DNA from: Candidatus Omnitrophota bacterium
Lineage (GTDB): Bacteria; Omnitrophota; Gorgyraeia; JABMQH01
DNA length: 32,457 nucleotides
Assembly: GCA_026387595.1 (NCBI GenBank)
Contig: JAPLLL010000007.1
Span: 1-32,457 of the forward strand
Direction: 5' to 3'
A program made the position numbers and the translations under genes. This document shows, piece after piece, positions 1 through 7,167 of the stretch. Every line of letters starts with the position of its first letter. The first letter of the stretch is position 1. The notes beneath the pieces are model-generated. The model worked only from the letters and a program-made list of their open reading frames with translations, was not told where the DNA came from and did no database searches.

Positions 1-2
1 AG

Positions 3-872
3 GTAGCGTTTGACGTTGCTTCCAACCCGGAGTTTTTGCGGGAGGGCCAGGCGATCGGCGATTTCATGAAACCGGACAGGATCGTGATAGGCGTTGAATC
101 AAAGAAGGCAAAAGAGCTTTTGCTGGATCTGTACAGGCCGCTGGGCGCGCCTATCGTGGTTACTGATATAAAAAGCGCCGAGATAATAAAGCACGCCTCG
201 AACTCGTTTTTGGCGGCGAAGATATCGTTTATAAACGCAATAAGCAATGTTTGCGAAAAGGCATGCGCGGACATACAAAAAGTAGCGGCGGCAATGGGCC
301 TTGACAAACGCATTGGGAAAAGTTTCCTGAACGCCGGTATAGGCTACGGCGGATTTTGTTTTCCCAAGGATGTGTCCGCGTTTATAAGGATATCGGAAAA
401 GCTCGGGTATGATTTCGGCCTCCTCAAGGAAGTGGAGCGCATAAACGAATACCAGAAAAGGCTTTTTGTAAAAAAAATAGAAGACAGCCTCTGGATCGTG
501 AAAGGAAAACAGATCGGCCTTCTGGGCCTCGCATTTAAGCCCAATACGGATGACATAAGATTCGCCCCGGCCCTCGAGATAATCGAGGCGCTTATTTCCG
601 AAGGCGCGAAGATAAAGGCTTTTGACCCGCACGCAATGGGGAAAGCCAAAAAAACCCTGAAAGGCGTAAAATTCTGCAGGGATGCGTATGACGCGGCTGA
701 TGGGTCGGATTGCCTGGTGATCGCAACGGAATGGAACGAGTTTAAAGAACTTGACCTAAAAAAGGTAAAGAAGCTGCTGAAACAGCCGCTGATCATCGAC
801 GGGCGGAATATATATGACCCGGAGGCAATGAAAAAGGCAGGGTTTAAGTACATTTGTATGGGCAGGAAATAA
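3..872 (+). CDS. ugd: UDP-glucose 6-dehydrogenase, C-terminal portion (5' end lies outside the window)
   Basis: Frame 3 is open from the window edge. The translation VAFDVASNPEFLREGQAI... carries the NPEFLREG and GGFCFPKD motifs and the C-terminal GLAFKPNTDD domain of the UDP-glucose/GDP-mannose dehydrogenase family. The TTG at 36 in the ORF track is internal. Confidence 0.9.
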   Translation, partial: VAFDVASNPEFLREGQAIGDFMKPDRIVIGVESKKAKELLLDLYRPLGAPIVVTDIKSAEIIKHASNSFLAAKISFINAISNVCEKACADIQKVAAAMGLDKRIGKSFLNAGIGYGGFCFPKDVSAFIRISEKLGYDFGLLKEVERINEYQKRLFVKKIEDSLWIVKGKQIGLLGLAFKPNTDDIRFAPALEIIEALISEGAKIKAFDPHAMGKAKKTLKGVKFCRDAYDAADGSDCLVIATEWNEFKELDLKKVKKLLKQPLIIDGRNIYDPEAMKKAGFKYICMGRK

Positions 873-898
873 CGAAGGCACGACCGAGATTGACAGTC

Positions 899-947
899 GG
901 GACTGGTTCCAACCCAAATAATACACAGAAGCTAAGGAACCTGTCCC
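899..947 (+). other. Imperfect 12-bp stem (11/12 paired, one T-T mismatch) with a 25-nt loop, in the ugd / rmlC-like intergenic region
   Basis: GGGACTGGTTCC (899-910) pairs with GGAACCTGTCCC (936-947). No T-tract follows, so it is not a canonical intrinsic terminator. Confidence 0.3.
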
Positions 948-1011
948 ACAGAGTGATGAAACTGAGTAGCGACCTAAAAGAATGGTTGCAATAAATAATC
1001 GTGGAGAAATT

Positions 1012-1464
1012 ATGATAGAAGGTGTGAAAATTAAGAAATTAAAGATTATTCCGGATGAACGCGGCCGCCTCATGGAAATATTGCGCAAGGATGAGGATAT
1101 TTTTGTAAAATTCGGCCAGGTTTATATGACGACCGCATATCCTGGCGTGGTAAAGGCGTGGCATTATCACAAAAAGCAGACGGATAATTTTACGTGCGTG
1201 GCAGGCAGGATGCGGCTGGGGCTGTATGACGCAAGGCCGAACTCAAAAACGTTTAAGGCAGTTGAGGAGTTTATTGTGAGTTCGGATGAAAACCCGATAC
1301 TGGTTCAGATCCCGCCTTTAGTTTATCACGGCTTTAAATGCGTAGGCGATAAAGAAGCGATCGTGATAAATACCGTCACGCATCCGTATGATCCGAAAAA
1401 GCCGGACGAATACAGGATAGACGCTTATGATAATGATATCCCGTACGATTGGAGGAAACCATGA
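1012..1464 (+). CDS. dTDP-4-dehydrorhamnose 3,5-epimerase-like cupin (short RmlC family)
   Basis: IIPDERGRLMEI..., VKAWHYHKKQTD, YDARPNSKTF and PPLVYHGF match the RmlC-type cupin pattern. ATG 1012 is preceded by GGAG (1003-1006). ATG 982 is an in-frame alternative start. Confidence 0.75.
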   Translation: MIEGVKIKKLKIIPDERGRLMEILRKDEDIFVKFGQVYMTTAYPGVVKAWHYHKKQTDNFTCVAGRMRLGLYDARPNSKTFKAVEEFIVSSDENPILVQIPPLVYHGFKCVGDKEAIVINTVTHPYDPKKPDEYRIDAYDNDIPYDWRKP

Positions 1465-1763
1465 ACCCAGCCCCTCCTAAATTTTACTATGTATATATGC
1501 TAAGGAGCCCACAAACGAAATGGCTATATACTGGATGCACGTCAGACCTAAAAAAACGTTTGGCTGAACATAATTCAGGAAAAAATTATTCAACAAAGAA
1601 ATATTTACCTGTTGAATTGGTATATTATGAAGCGTATAGCTCTAAAAAGGATGCCTTTGAACGAGAAAATATGTTAAAACAACATGGCAGCAGTGTACAA
1701 AAACTTAAAAATAGACTTAAATGGACCTTAAAACCATTACTGAAAGAAGGAGGGGCTGGGTGA
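1461..1763 (+). CDS. Small GIY-YIG nuclease-domain protein (100 aa), cassette copy 1
   Basis: YYVYMLRS...LYTGCT...RLAEHN...FERENMLK fits the GIY-YIG catalytic-domain pattern (UPF0213/Slx1-like size). ATG 1461 follows GGAGG (1451-1455). It overlaps the upstream stop as ATGA and the downstream start as GTGA. Confidence 0.85.
   Translation: MNPAPPKFYYVYMLRSPQTKWLYTGCTSDLKKRLAEHNSGKNYSTKKYLPVELVYYEAYSSKKDAFERENMLKQHGSSVQKLKNRLKWTLKPLLKEGGAG
1465..1478. repeat. Left inverted-repeat arm of cassette 1 (ACCCAGCCCCTCCT)
   Basis: Exact reverse complement of 1748-1761. Confidence 0.95.
1748..1761. repeat. Right inverted-repeat arm of cassette 1 (AGGAGGGGCTGGGT); contains an SD-like GGAGG and the first two bases of the downstream GTG start
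   Basis: Exact reverse complement of 1465-1478. Confidence 0.95.
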
Positions 1764-2491
1764 AAGGCATAGTATTGGCAGGAGGCTTGGGGAAACGGCT
1801 ATACCCGTTGACAAAAATCACCAATAAACATCTTCTCCCTATTTATAATAAACCGATGATCTATTATCCGATAGAAACGCTTGTTGATGCCGGCATTAAA
1901 GAAATTGTTGTCGTAACAGGTGGCAATCACGCAGGCGAATTCTTAAGGCTTCTTGGGAACGGCCAGGAATTCGGTCTGAACCACCTTCATTACGCATATC
2001 AAGAGGGCGAAGGCGGGATCGCGGACGCGCTAAAATTGGCGGAACACCTTGTAGGTGACGATAAACTTGTAGTTATCCTTGGCGACAACATTATTGAAAA
2101 GAGCATAAGAAAACAGGTTGAGCGGTTTAAAAAACAAAGGCAGGGCGCGCGCATCCTGCTTAAAAAGGTAAGCGACCCGCAGCGTTTCGGCGTAGCCGAG
2201 ATAAAAAATGGCAAGGTTGTTTCGATAGAAGAAAAGCCAAAGAAACCAAAATCCGATTATATCGTTACCGGCATCTATATGTATGACAGCAAGGTCTTTG
2301 ACATTGCGCGTTCGCTTAAACCTTCGGGCAGGGGAGAGCTGGAGATAACCGACGTGAATAACGCCTATATTAAAAAAGGCCAGCTCACGTATGATTTCCT
2401 GGACGGCTGGTGGACCGATTCAGGCACGGTTGATTCGCTTTTGAAAGCGAATAATCTGGTTGCAAGGCTTAAGGGCGGGAAAAAGAAATAG
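1760..2491 (+). CDS. rmlA: Glucose-1-phosphate thymidylyl/nucleotidyltransferase (short RmlA-like form)
   Basis: (V)KGIVLAGGLGKRLYPLT..., LLPIYNKPMIYYP and EKPKKPKSDY are typical sugar-1-phosphate nucleotidylyltransferase motifs. GTG 1760 gives the canonical MKGIVLAGG N-terminus, with GGAGG 6 nt upstream. The ATG 1721 in the ORF track lies inside the GIY-YIG ORF and adds a non-homologous extension. Confidence 0.8.
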   Translation: MKGIVLAGGLGKRLYPLTKITNKHLLPIYNKPMIYYPIETLVDAGIKEIVVVTGGNHAGEFLRLLGNGQEFGLNHLHYAYQEGEGGIADALKLAEHLVGDDKLVVILGDNIIEKSIRKQVERFKKQRQGARILLKKVSDPQRFGVAEIKNGKVVSIEEKPKKPKSDYIVTGIYMYDSKVFDIARSLKPSGRGELEITDVNNAYIKKGQLTYDFLDGWWTDSGTVDSLLKANNLVARLKGGKKK

Positions 2492-3616
2492 ATGATACCG
2501 ATCGTAGATTTAAAAGGGCAATATCTAAGCGTAAAAAAAGAAGTAATGGAAGCTGTCGAAAAGGCCCTGGATAGCGGCCAGTTTGTAATGGGCGCGGAAG
2601 TCAAAAAGTTTGAAGAAGAAGCCGCGCAGTATACCAAAAGCAAATATGCCGTTTCCGTCGGGAACGGATCGGATGCATTACTTTTGGCTTTAAATGCCTA
2701 TGGAATAAAATCAGGTGATAGCGTTATTACGCCGGCATTTACATATTACGCCACTGCGGGCGCCATAGCGCGGTGCGGGGCAAAACCGGTTTTCTGCGAT
2801 ATTGACCCGAGGACGTATAATATCTCGCCTGAGAAATTGGAGGGGGTTCTTAGGGTCTTAGGGACAAAGGGTCATAGGGTTAAAGCGGTTATTCCTGTTC
2901 ATCTCTACGGGCAGATGGCGGAGATGGACGATATCCTGGCTATTGCGAAAAAGTACAATTTAAAAGTGATCGAGGATGCGGCGCAGGCGTTCGGCGCAAG
3001 CGACAAGGGTAGGAAGGCCGGCAGCATCGGCGATAGCGGCTGTTTTAGTTTTTATCCCGGCAAGAATTTAGGTGCTTACGGCGATGCCGGCTTGGTCGTA
3101 ACTAACGACAGCCAAACGGCTGGTTTAGTGAAGATCTACCGCAATCAGGGCGAGAAAAAGAAATACCAGCATTCGGTCATAGGCCATAACAGCCGCATGG
3201 ATACTATTCAGGCCGCGGTATTAAGCGTAAAGCTTAAATATATCGACGGGTGGAATAAAAAAAGGCAGCAATTAGCGGGGTTTTACGATAAGGAGCTGCG
3301 CAGTGCAGGCGTCATTACGCCGTTTGTCGCAAAGGATAAATTTCATATCTATCATTTATACGTGCTCCGGTTCAAGGATAAAGGCCAAAAAGACCGCATT
3401 GAAAAGAGCCTTAACGAGAAAGGCGTTGACGCAAGGACCTATTATCCTGTGCCGCTGCACCTGCAGGAGTGCTTTGAATACCTGGGATATAAAAAAGGTG
3501 ATTTTCCCGAAGCAGAAAAGGCGTGCGGCGAGACGCTCGCAATACCTATGTATCCTGAACTAAAACAGGAAGAGCAGGAATTTATCGTGAAGACAATAAA
3601 GGAAGGGCTAAAATGA
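2492..3616 (+). CDS. DegT/DnrJ/EryC1/StrS-family PLP-dependent sugar aminotransferase
   Basis: Full-length family pattern: [21 protein letters not shown] and [16 protein letters not shown] (PLP lysine). Confidence 0.9.
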   Translation: MIPIVDLKGQYLSVKKEVMEAVEKALDSGQFVMGAEVKKFEEEAAQYTKSKYAVSVGNGSDALLLALNAYGIKSGDSVITPAFTYYATAGAIARCGAKPVFCDIDPRTYNISPEKLEGVLRVLGTKGHRVKAVIPVHLYGQMAEMDDILAIAKKYNLKVIEDAAQAFGASDKGRKAGSIGDSGCFSFYPGKNLGAYGDAGLVVTNDSQTAGLVKIYRNQGEKKKYQHSVIGHNSRMDTIQAAVLSVKLKYIDGWNKKRQQLAGFYDKELRSAGVITPFVAKDKFHIYHLYVLRFKDKGQKDRIEKSLNEKGVDARTYYPVPLHLQECFEYLGYKKGDFPEAEKACGETLAIPMYPELKQEEQEFIVKTIKEGLK

Positions 3617-4545
3617 AACTATTAGTTACCGGCGGGTGCGGTTTTATAGGCTCAAATTTTATCAGGTATATCCTGAAAAAACATCCGGGCTATAAAATCG
3701 TGAACCTTGACAACATTAAAGACCTGGAGAAAAAAAATAATTATAGATTTGTCAAAGGGGATATCTGCGACGAAAAAATAGTTTTAAAATTGTCAAAGGG
3801 TGCGGATGCAGTGATAAATTTTGCGGCCGAAACCCACGTTGACAGATCCATTAAGGACCCTGCAAGCTTTGTAAAGACCAATGTTTACGGCGTATATTCT
3901 ATTCTTGAGGCGGTCAGGAGGAACAGCATTAAACGGTTTGTTCAAATATCAACTGACGAAGTTTATGGCAGTATTTCCGTCGGAGAATTCAAGGAACCGG
4001 ATCCGCTCAGGCCCAACAGCCAGTATGCTGCCAGCAAGGAAGGCGCAGATCTTTTATGCAGGTCGTATTTTGTGACCTATAAAATGCAGGTTGTTATTAC
4101 GAGGAGTTCCAATAATTTCGGGCCGTATCAATACCCGGAAAAAGTGATCCCGCTTTTTGTTACGAATGCGCTGGAAAACAGGAAGCTGCCGGTTTACGCG
4201 GACGGCTTAAATGTGAGGGATTGGCTGTACGTAGAAGATAATTGCAGCGCCATAGACCTGGTTTTGCATAAAGGCCTTGCCGGTGAAGTTTATAATATCG
4301 GCGGCGGCAACGAACTCACGAACATGGCGCTTACTTACGCGATCCTGGGCCTGATGAGAAAACCCAAGAGCCTTATAAAATTCGTAAAGGACAGGCCCGG
4401 CCATGACAAACGATACGGCCTTGACTGCGGAAAAATAAAAAAAGAACTGGGCTGGGCACCGCGGCGCGGATTCAGGGCCGCCCTGAAGGAAACAGTTGAG
4501 TGGTATGAAGAAAATACAGAATGGTGGAAAAAACTTAAAGGATAA
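3613..4545 (+). CDS. rmlB: dTDP-glucose 4,6-dehydratase, lacking the conserved KLTYAGNLE segment
   Basis: [41 protein letters not shown] and [10 protein letters not shown] match RmlB. It overlaps degT by ATGA. See the finding on the 9-aa gap after VNLD. Confidence 0.85.
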   Translation: MKLLVTGGCGFIGSNFIRYILKKHPGYKIVNLDNIKDLEKKNNYRFVKGDICDEKIVLKLSKGADAVINFAAETHVDRSIKDPASFVKTNVYGVYSILEAVRRNSIKRFVQISTDEVYGSISVGEFKEPDPLRPNSQYAASKEGADLLCRSYFVTYKMQVVITRSSNNFGPYQYPEKVIPLFVTNALENRKLPVYADGLNVRDWLYVEDNCSAIDLVLHKGLAGEVYNIGGGNELTNMALTYAILGLMRKPKSLIKFVKDRPGHDKRYGLDCGKIKKELGWAPRRGFRAALKETVEWYEENTEWWKKLKG

Positions 4546-4546
4546 A

Positions 4547-5848
4547 ATGGAAAATATATTGAAAAAGAAGATCCAGGAAAAGGAAGCAAAGATAGGTATT
4601 ATAGGCCTTGGTTACGTAGGGCTTCCGCTTGCGGTTGAATTTGCCAAAAAGGGCTTTGATGTCGTCGGGATAGATGTGGATAAGACAAAGGTCGCCTCGC
4701 TTAAACAGAAACGAAGCTATATCCTGGATGTTACCAGCGAGGATGTGAGGGCCGTTGTCAGCGCCGGGCTTTTTTACGCGACAACCGATTACGGCGCGAT
4801 AAAAAAGCTGGATGCGGTCATAATTTGTGTTCCCACCCCGTTAAGGAAAACAAAAGAACCCGATATTTCATACATTATATCAGCTGCGGAACAGATCGCA
4901 GCCAATAGCAAAAAAGGCCAGCTGGTTATCCTTGAAAGCACTACATATCCGGGCACTACAGAGGAGGTGGTGCTGCCGATCCTGGGGAAAAGCGGCATGA
5001 ATATAGACAAGGATTTTTTTCTCGCCTTCTCTCCGGAAAGAGTTGACCCGGGCAATTTAAAGTTCAAGACAAGGGATATACCCAAGATCGTGGGCGGCGT
5101 AACAAAAAAATCGTCTGATCTTGCGAAAACCTTGTATAGCCAGGTTATGAAAGAAGTCCTGACGGTTTCATCCAGCAAGGCAGCCGAAATGGTAAAGCTG
5201 CTTGAAAATACGTTCCGCAGCGTTAACATCGGCCTTGTCAACGAGATAGCCCTTATGTCGAATAAGCTTGGCATTAATGTCTGGGAAGTCATTGACGCCG
5301 CAAAGACGAAGCCGTTCGGATTCATGCCGTTTTATCCCGGGCCGGGCCTGGGCGGACACTGTATCCCCATTGATCCCCTGTATCTTTCCTGGAAAGCGCG
5401 CGCGTATGGTTTTGAGGCGAGATTTATTGAACTTGCCGATATGGTGAATTCCTACATGCCGGAATATGTAGTAAAACGCATTGGCGAGATCCTTAATGGA
5501 TTTAAAAAATCTCTTTTAGGTTCTAAGGTTCTGATCGTGGGGGTTACGTATAAACGGGACGTAAACGATATGCGGGAATCGCCGGCAATGGAGATCATAA
5601 GAGACCTGATGAAGAAAGGGGTTACAGTGTCGTATTTCGATCCATACGCGCCCAGGATAAATATTGACGGGAAAACGCTTTATTCAACAAAATGGAAACC
5701 GGCGATATTCAAAAAAGAGGACTGCGTAGTTATAATTACTGATCACTCGTCAATAGACTATGAAGAAATTTTAAAGAATTCCAAAATGGTGTTTGACACA
5801 AGAAATATCTATAAAAACATTGAGGCAAAAAACCTGGTGAGGCTATGA
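4547..5848 (+). CDS. Nucleotide-sugar dehydrogenase (UDP-GlcNAc/UDP-ManNAc 6-dehydrogenase family; WbpA/WecC/Cap5O-like)
   Basis: IGIIGLGYVGLPLA, SPERVDPGN, GPGLGGHCIP and GVTYKRDVNDMRESP match the family. ATG 4547 lies just after the rmlB stop (4543-4545). The TTG at 4496 is an unlikely upstream extension. Confidence 0.85.
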   Translation: MENILKKKIQEKEAKIGIIGLGYVGLPLAVEFAKKGFDVVGIDVDKTKVASLKQKRSYILDVTSEDVRAVVSAGLFYATTDYGAIKKLDAVIICVPTPLRKTKEPDISYIISAAEQIAANSKKGQLVILESTTYPGTTEEVVLPILGKSGMNIDKDFFLAFSPERVDPGNLKFKTRDIPKIVGGVTKKSSDLAKTLYSQVMKEVLTVSSSKAAEMVKLLENTFRSVNIGLVNEIALMSNKLGINVWEVIDAAKTKPFGFMPFYPGPGLGGHCIPIDPLYLSWKARAYGFEARFIELADMVNSYMPEYVVKRIGEILNGFKKSLLGSKVLIVGVTYKRDVNDMRESPAMEIIRDLMKKGVTVSYFDPYAPRINIDGKTLYSTKWKPAIFKKEDCVVIITDHSSIDYEEILKNSKMVFDTRNIYKNIEAKNLVRL

Positions 5849-5862
5849 ACCCCGCACCTTCT
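5849..5862. repeat. Left inverted-repeat arm of cassette 2 (ACCCCGCACCTTCT)
   Basis: Exact reverse complement of 6131-6144. It differs from the copy-1 arm at 3 positions, and each change is compensated in the partner arm. Confidence 0.95.
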
Positions 5863-5873
5863 GTATATTCAAA

Positions 5874-6146
5874 ATGTATTACGTATACCTTCTGAGAAGT
5901 GAGAAGAACGATAGTTTTTATATTGGATATACAAAAGATATCAATCGGCGATTTAAAGAGCATAATACAGGGTCGGTTGAATATACGAGGAAATATATGC
6001 CATGGGAATTAATTTACTATGAAAGCTTTATTTCGTTGGAAGATGCTAAAATACGTGAAAAAACTTTGAAGCATTTTGGAAAAGGATTTACACAATTGAA
6101 GATTAGACTCAAGAAGAGTTTGAATAAGAAAGAAGGTGCGGGGTGA
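5874..6146 (+). CDS. Small GIY-YIG nuclease-domain protein (90 aa), cassette copy 2
   Basis: MYYVYLLRS...FYIGYT...RFKEHN...IREKTLK matches the GIY-YIG pattern and, by eye, is roughly 40% identical to copy 1. It ends ...KEGAG (copy 1 ends ...EGGAG). There is no SD before ATG 5874, and the junction ATG at 5845 is in a different frame. Confidence 0.8.
   Translation: MYYVYLLRSEKNDSFYIGYTKDINRRFKEHNTGSVEYTRKYMPWELIYYESFISLEDAKIREKTLKHFGKGFTQLKIRLKKSLNKKEGAG
6131..6144. repeat. Right inverted-repeat arm of cassette 2 (AGAAGGTGCGGGGT)
   Basis: Exact reverse complement of 5849-5862. It supplies the G and T of the downstream GTG start (6143-6145). Confidence 0.95.
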
Positions 6147-7072
6147 AAAAAACGTATCTGGTTACGGGCGGGGCGGGATTTATAGGGTCAAATATCGTGG
6201 ATGAGTTGGTCAGACGCGGGCAACGTGTTAAAGTGGTTGACAGTTTCATTACCGGCCGCCGCGAAAATCTTAAACACCTTTCAGGCAAGATAGAATTGGT
6301 AAAAGGCGACATCAGGGATCTGAACCTTATGGTTAAGATCACCAAAGGGATAGACTATGTAATACACCAGGCTGCGTTCAGGTCTGTGCCAAAATCCGTC
6401 GAGGACCCGACGCTTTGTACCGAGACAAACGTTAATGGGACGCTCAATGTCTTGATCGCGGCGCATAAAGCGAAAGTTAAACGCGTAGTATACGCGTCCA
6501 GCAGCTCTGTCTACGGCGATGTTATTAAATTTCCCCAAAGGGAAGAGGATGATTTGTTCCCGCTTTCGCCGTATGGCGCGTCAAAATTGGCCGGCGAGCA
6601 TTATTGCAAAGTTTACACGGCCACGTGCGGGCTTGAGACGGTAGGCTTAAGGTATTTCAACGTTTTCGGGCCCAGGCAAAATCCTGAATCGAAATATTCG
6701 GCCGTGATCCCGATATTTATTTACAAAATGGTAAGGGGCCAGCGGCCCGTTGTTGACGGAGACGGAAAACAATCGCGCGATTTTACCTATGTTGCGAATG
6801 TTGTAGAAGCTAATCTGCGGGCAATAGTTGCAAAAGGCGCTTCAGGGCAGGTCATTAATGTCGGATGCGGCGGCAGTTATTCTGTATTAGATATCATAAC
6901 AGCGCTGAATAAATTCATCGGAAAAGATATAAAACCGGTTTTCGGGCCGGCCAGAAAGGGCGATGCCAGGAAAACCAAAGCGGATATCAGCAGGCTAAAA
7001 AAGTATCTCGGCATAACACCTAAGGTGGGTTTTGAAGACGGACTTAAGAAGACCCTGGCCTGGTTTGCCTGA
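6143..7072 (+). CDS. NAD-dependent epimerase/dehydratase (extended SDR; UDP-sugar 4-epimerase-like, WbpP/TviC type)
   Basis: (V)[28 protein letters not shown] and QSRDFTYV match the family. The GTG start overlaps the GIY-YIG stop as GTGA. Confidence 0.85.
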   Translation: MKKTYLVTGGAGFIGSNIVDELVRRGQRVKVVDSFITGRRENLKHLSGKIELVKGDIRDLNLMVKITKGIDYVIHQAAFRSVPKSVEDPTLCTETNVNGTLNVLIAAHKAKVKRVVYASSSSVYGDVIKFPQREEDDLFPLSPYGASKLAGEHYCKVYTATCGLETVGLRYFNVFGPRQNPESKYSAVIPIFIYKMVRGQRPVVDGDGKQSRDFTYVANVVEANLRAIVAKGASGQVINVGCGGSYSVLDIITALNKFIGKDIKPVFGPARKGDARKTKADISRLKKYLGITPKVGFEDGLKKTLAWFA

Positions 7073-7096
7073 TGCATGTATCCGATATAATTTTTC

Positions 7097-7124
7097 TTGA
7101 CTAATCCCGCCTAAATATTATAAT
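7097..7124 (+). promoter_or_regulatory. Sigma70-like promoter candidate upstream of uxs (TTGACT - 16 nt - TATAAT)
   Basis: TTGACT lies at 7097-7102 and TATAAT at 7119-7124, in the 95-bp AT-rich gap between the epimerase and uxs. The -10 sits inside a 12-bp palindrome, ATATTATAATAT (7115-7126). Confidence 0.55.
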
Positions 7125-7167
7125 ATATCTCTCGCTTCTATTGGTAATATCATAATATAATACCACC

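Larger units (their letters stand above)
1465..1761 (+). mobile_element. Putative GIY-YIG cassette 1, delimited by 14-bp perfect terminal inverted repeats and flanked by a TGA(A) direct repeat
   Basis: The arms at 1465-1478 and 1748-1761 are exact reverse complements. TGAA is present at both outer junctions (1462-1465 and 1761-1764). Excising it in silico restores ATGAAAGGC = MKG..., a canonical RmlA N-terminus. Confidence 0.5.
5849..6144 (+). mobile_element. Putative GIY-YIG cassette 2, with the same architecture as cassette 1
   Basis: The 14-bp perfect inverted repeats at 5849-5862 and 6131-6144 are flanked by TGAA at both junctions (5846-5849 and 6144-6147). In-silico excision restores ATGAAAAAAACG = MKKT..., the natural N-terminus of the SDR epimerase. 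Confidence 0.5.

Noticed and set aside
950-975. Possible JUMPstart/ops (GGCGGTAG) antitermination element upstream of the sugar genes (CTGAGTAGCGACC)
   Set aside because: Only a partial GTAGC match is present, and the core GGCGGTAG is absent.
1465-1761. Reading the cassette inverted repeats as integron attC sites, IS200/IS605-type subterminal hairpins or REP/MITE elements
   Set aside because: attC and IS200/605 signals are local hairpins at one end, not a single pair of complementary arms spanning a whole ORF. No integrase or TnpA/TnpB gene is present. MITEs lack ORFs. I kept it as an unclassified GIY-YIG cassette.
1449-1762. Longer ORF-track starts: TTG 1449 for GIY-YIG copy 1, ATG 1721 for the rmlA-like gene, TTG 4496 for the dehydrogenase, ATG 16327 for the methyltransferase and 22997 for the 402-aa ORF
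   Set aside because: The upstream extensions overlap the preceding gene extensively and add non-homologous residues. Internal starts with an SD or at ATGA/GTGA junctions give canonical N-termini (MKGIVLAGG, MENIL...IGIIGLGYVG and so on).
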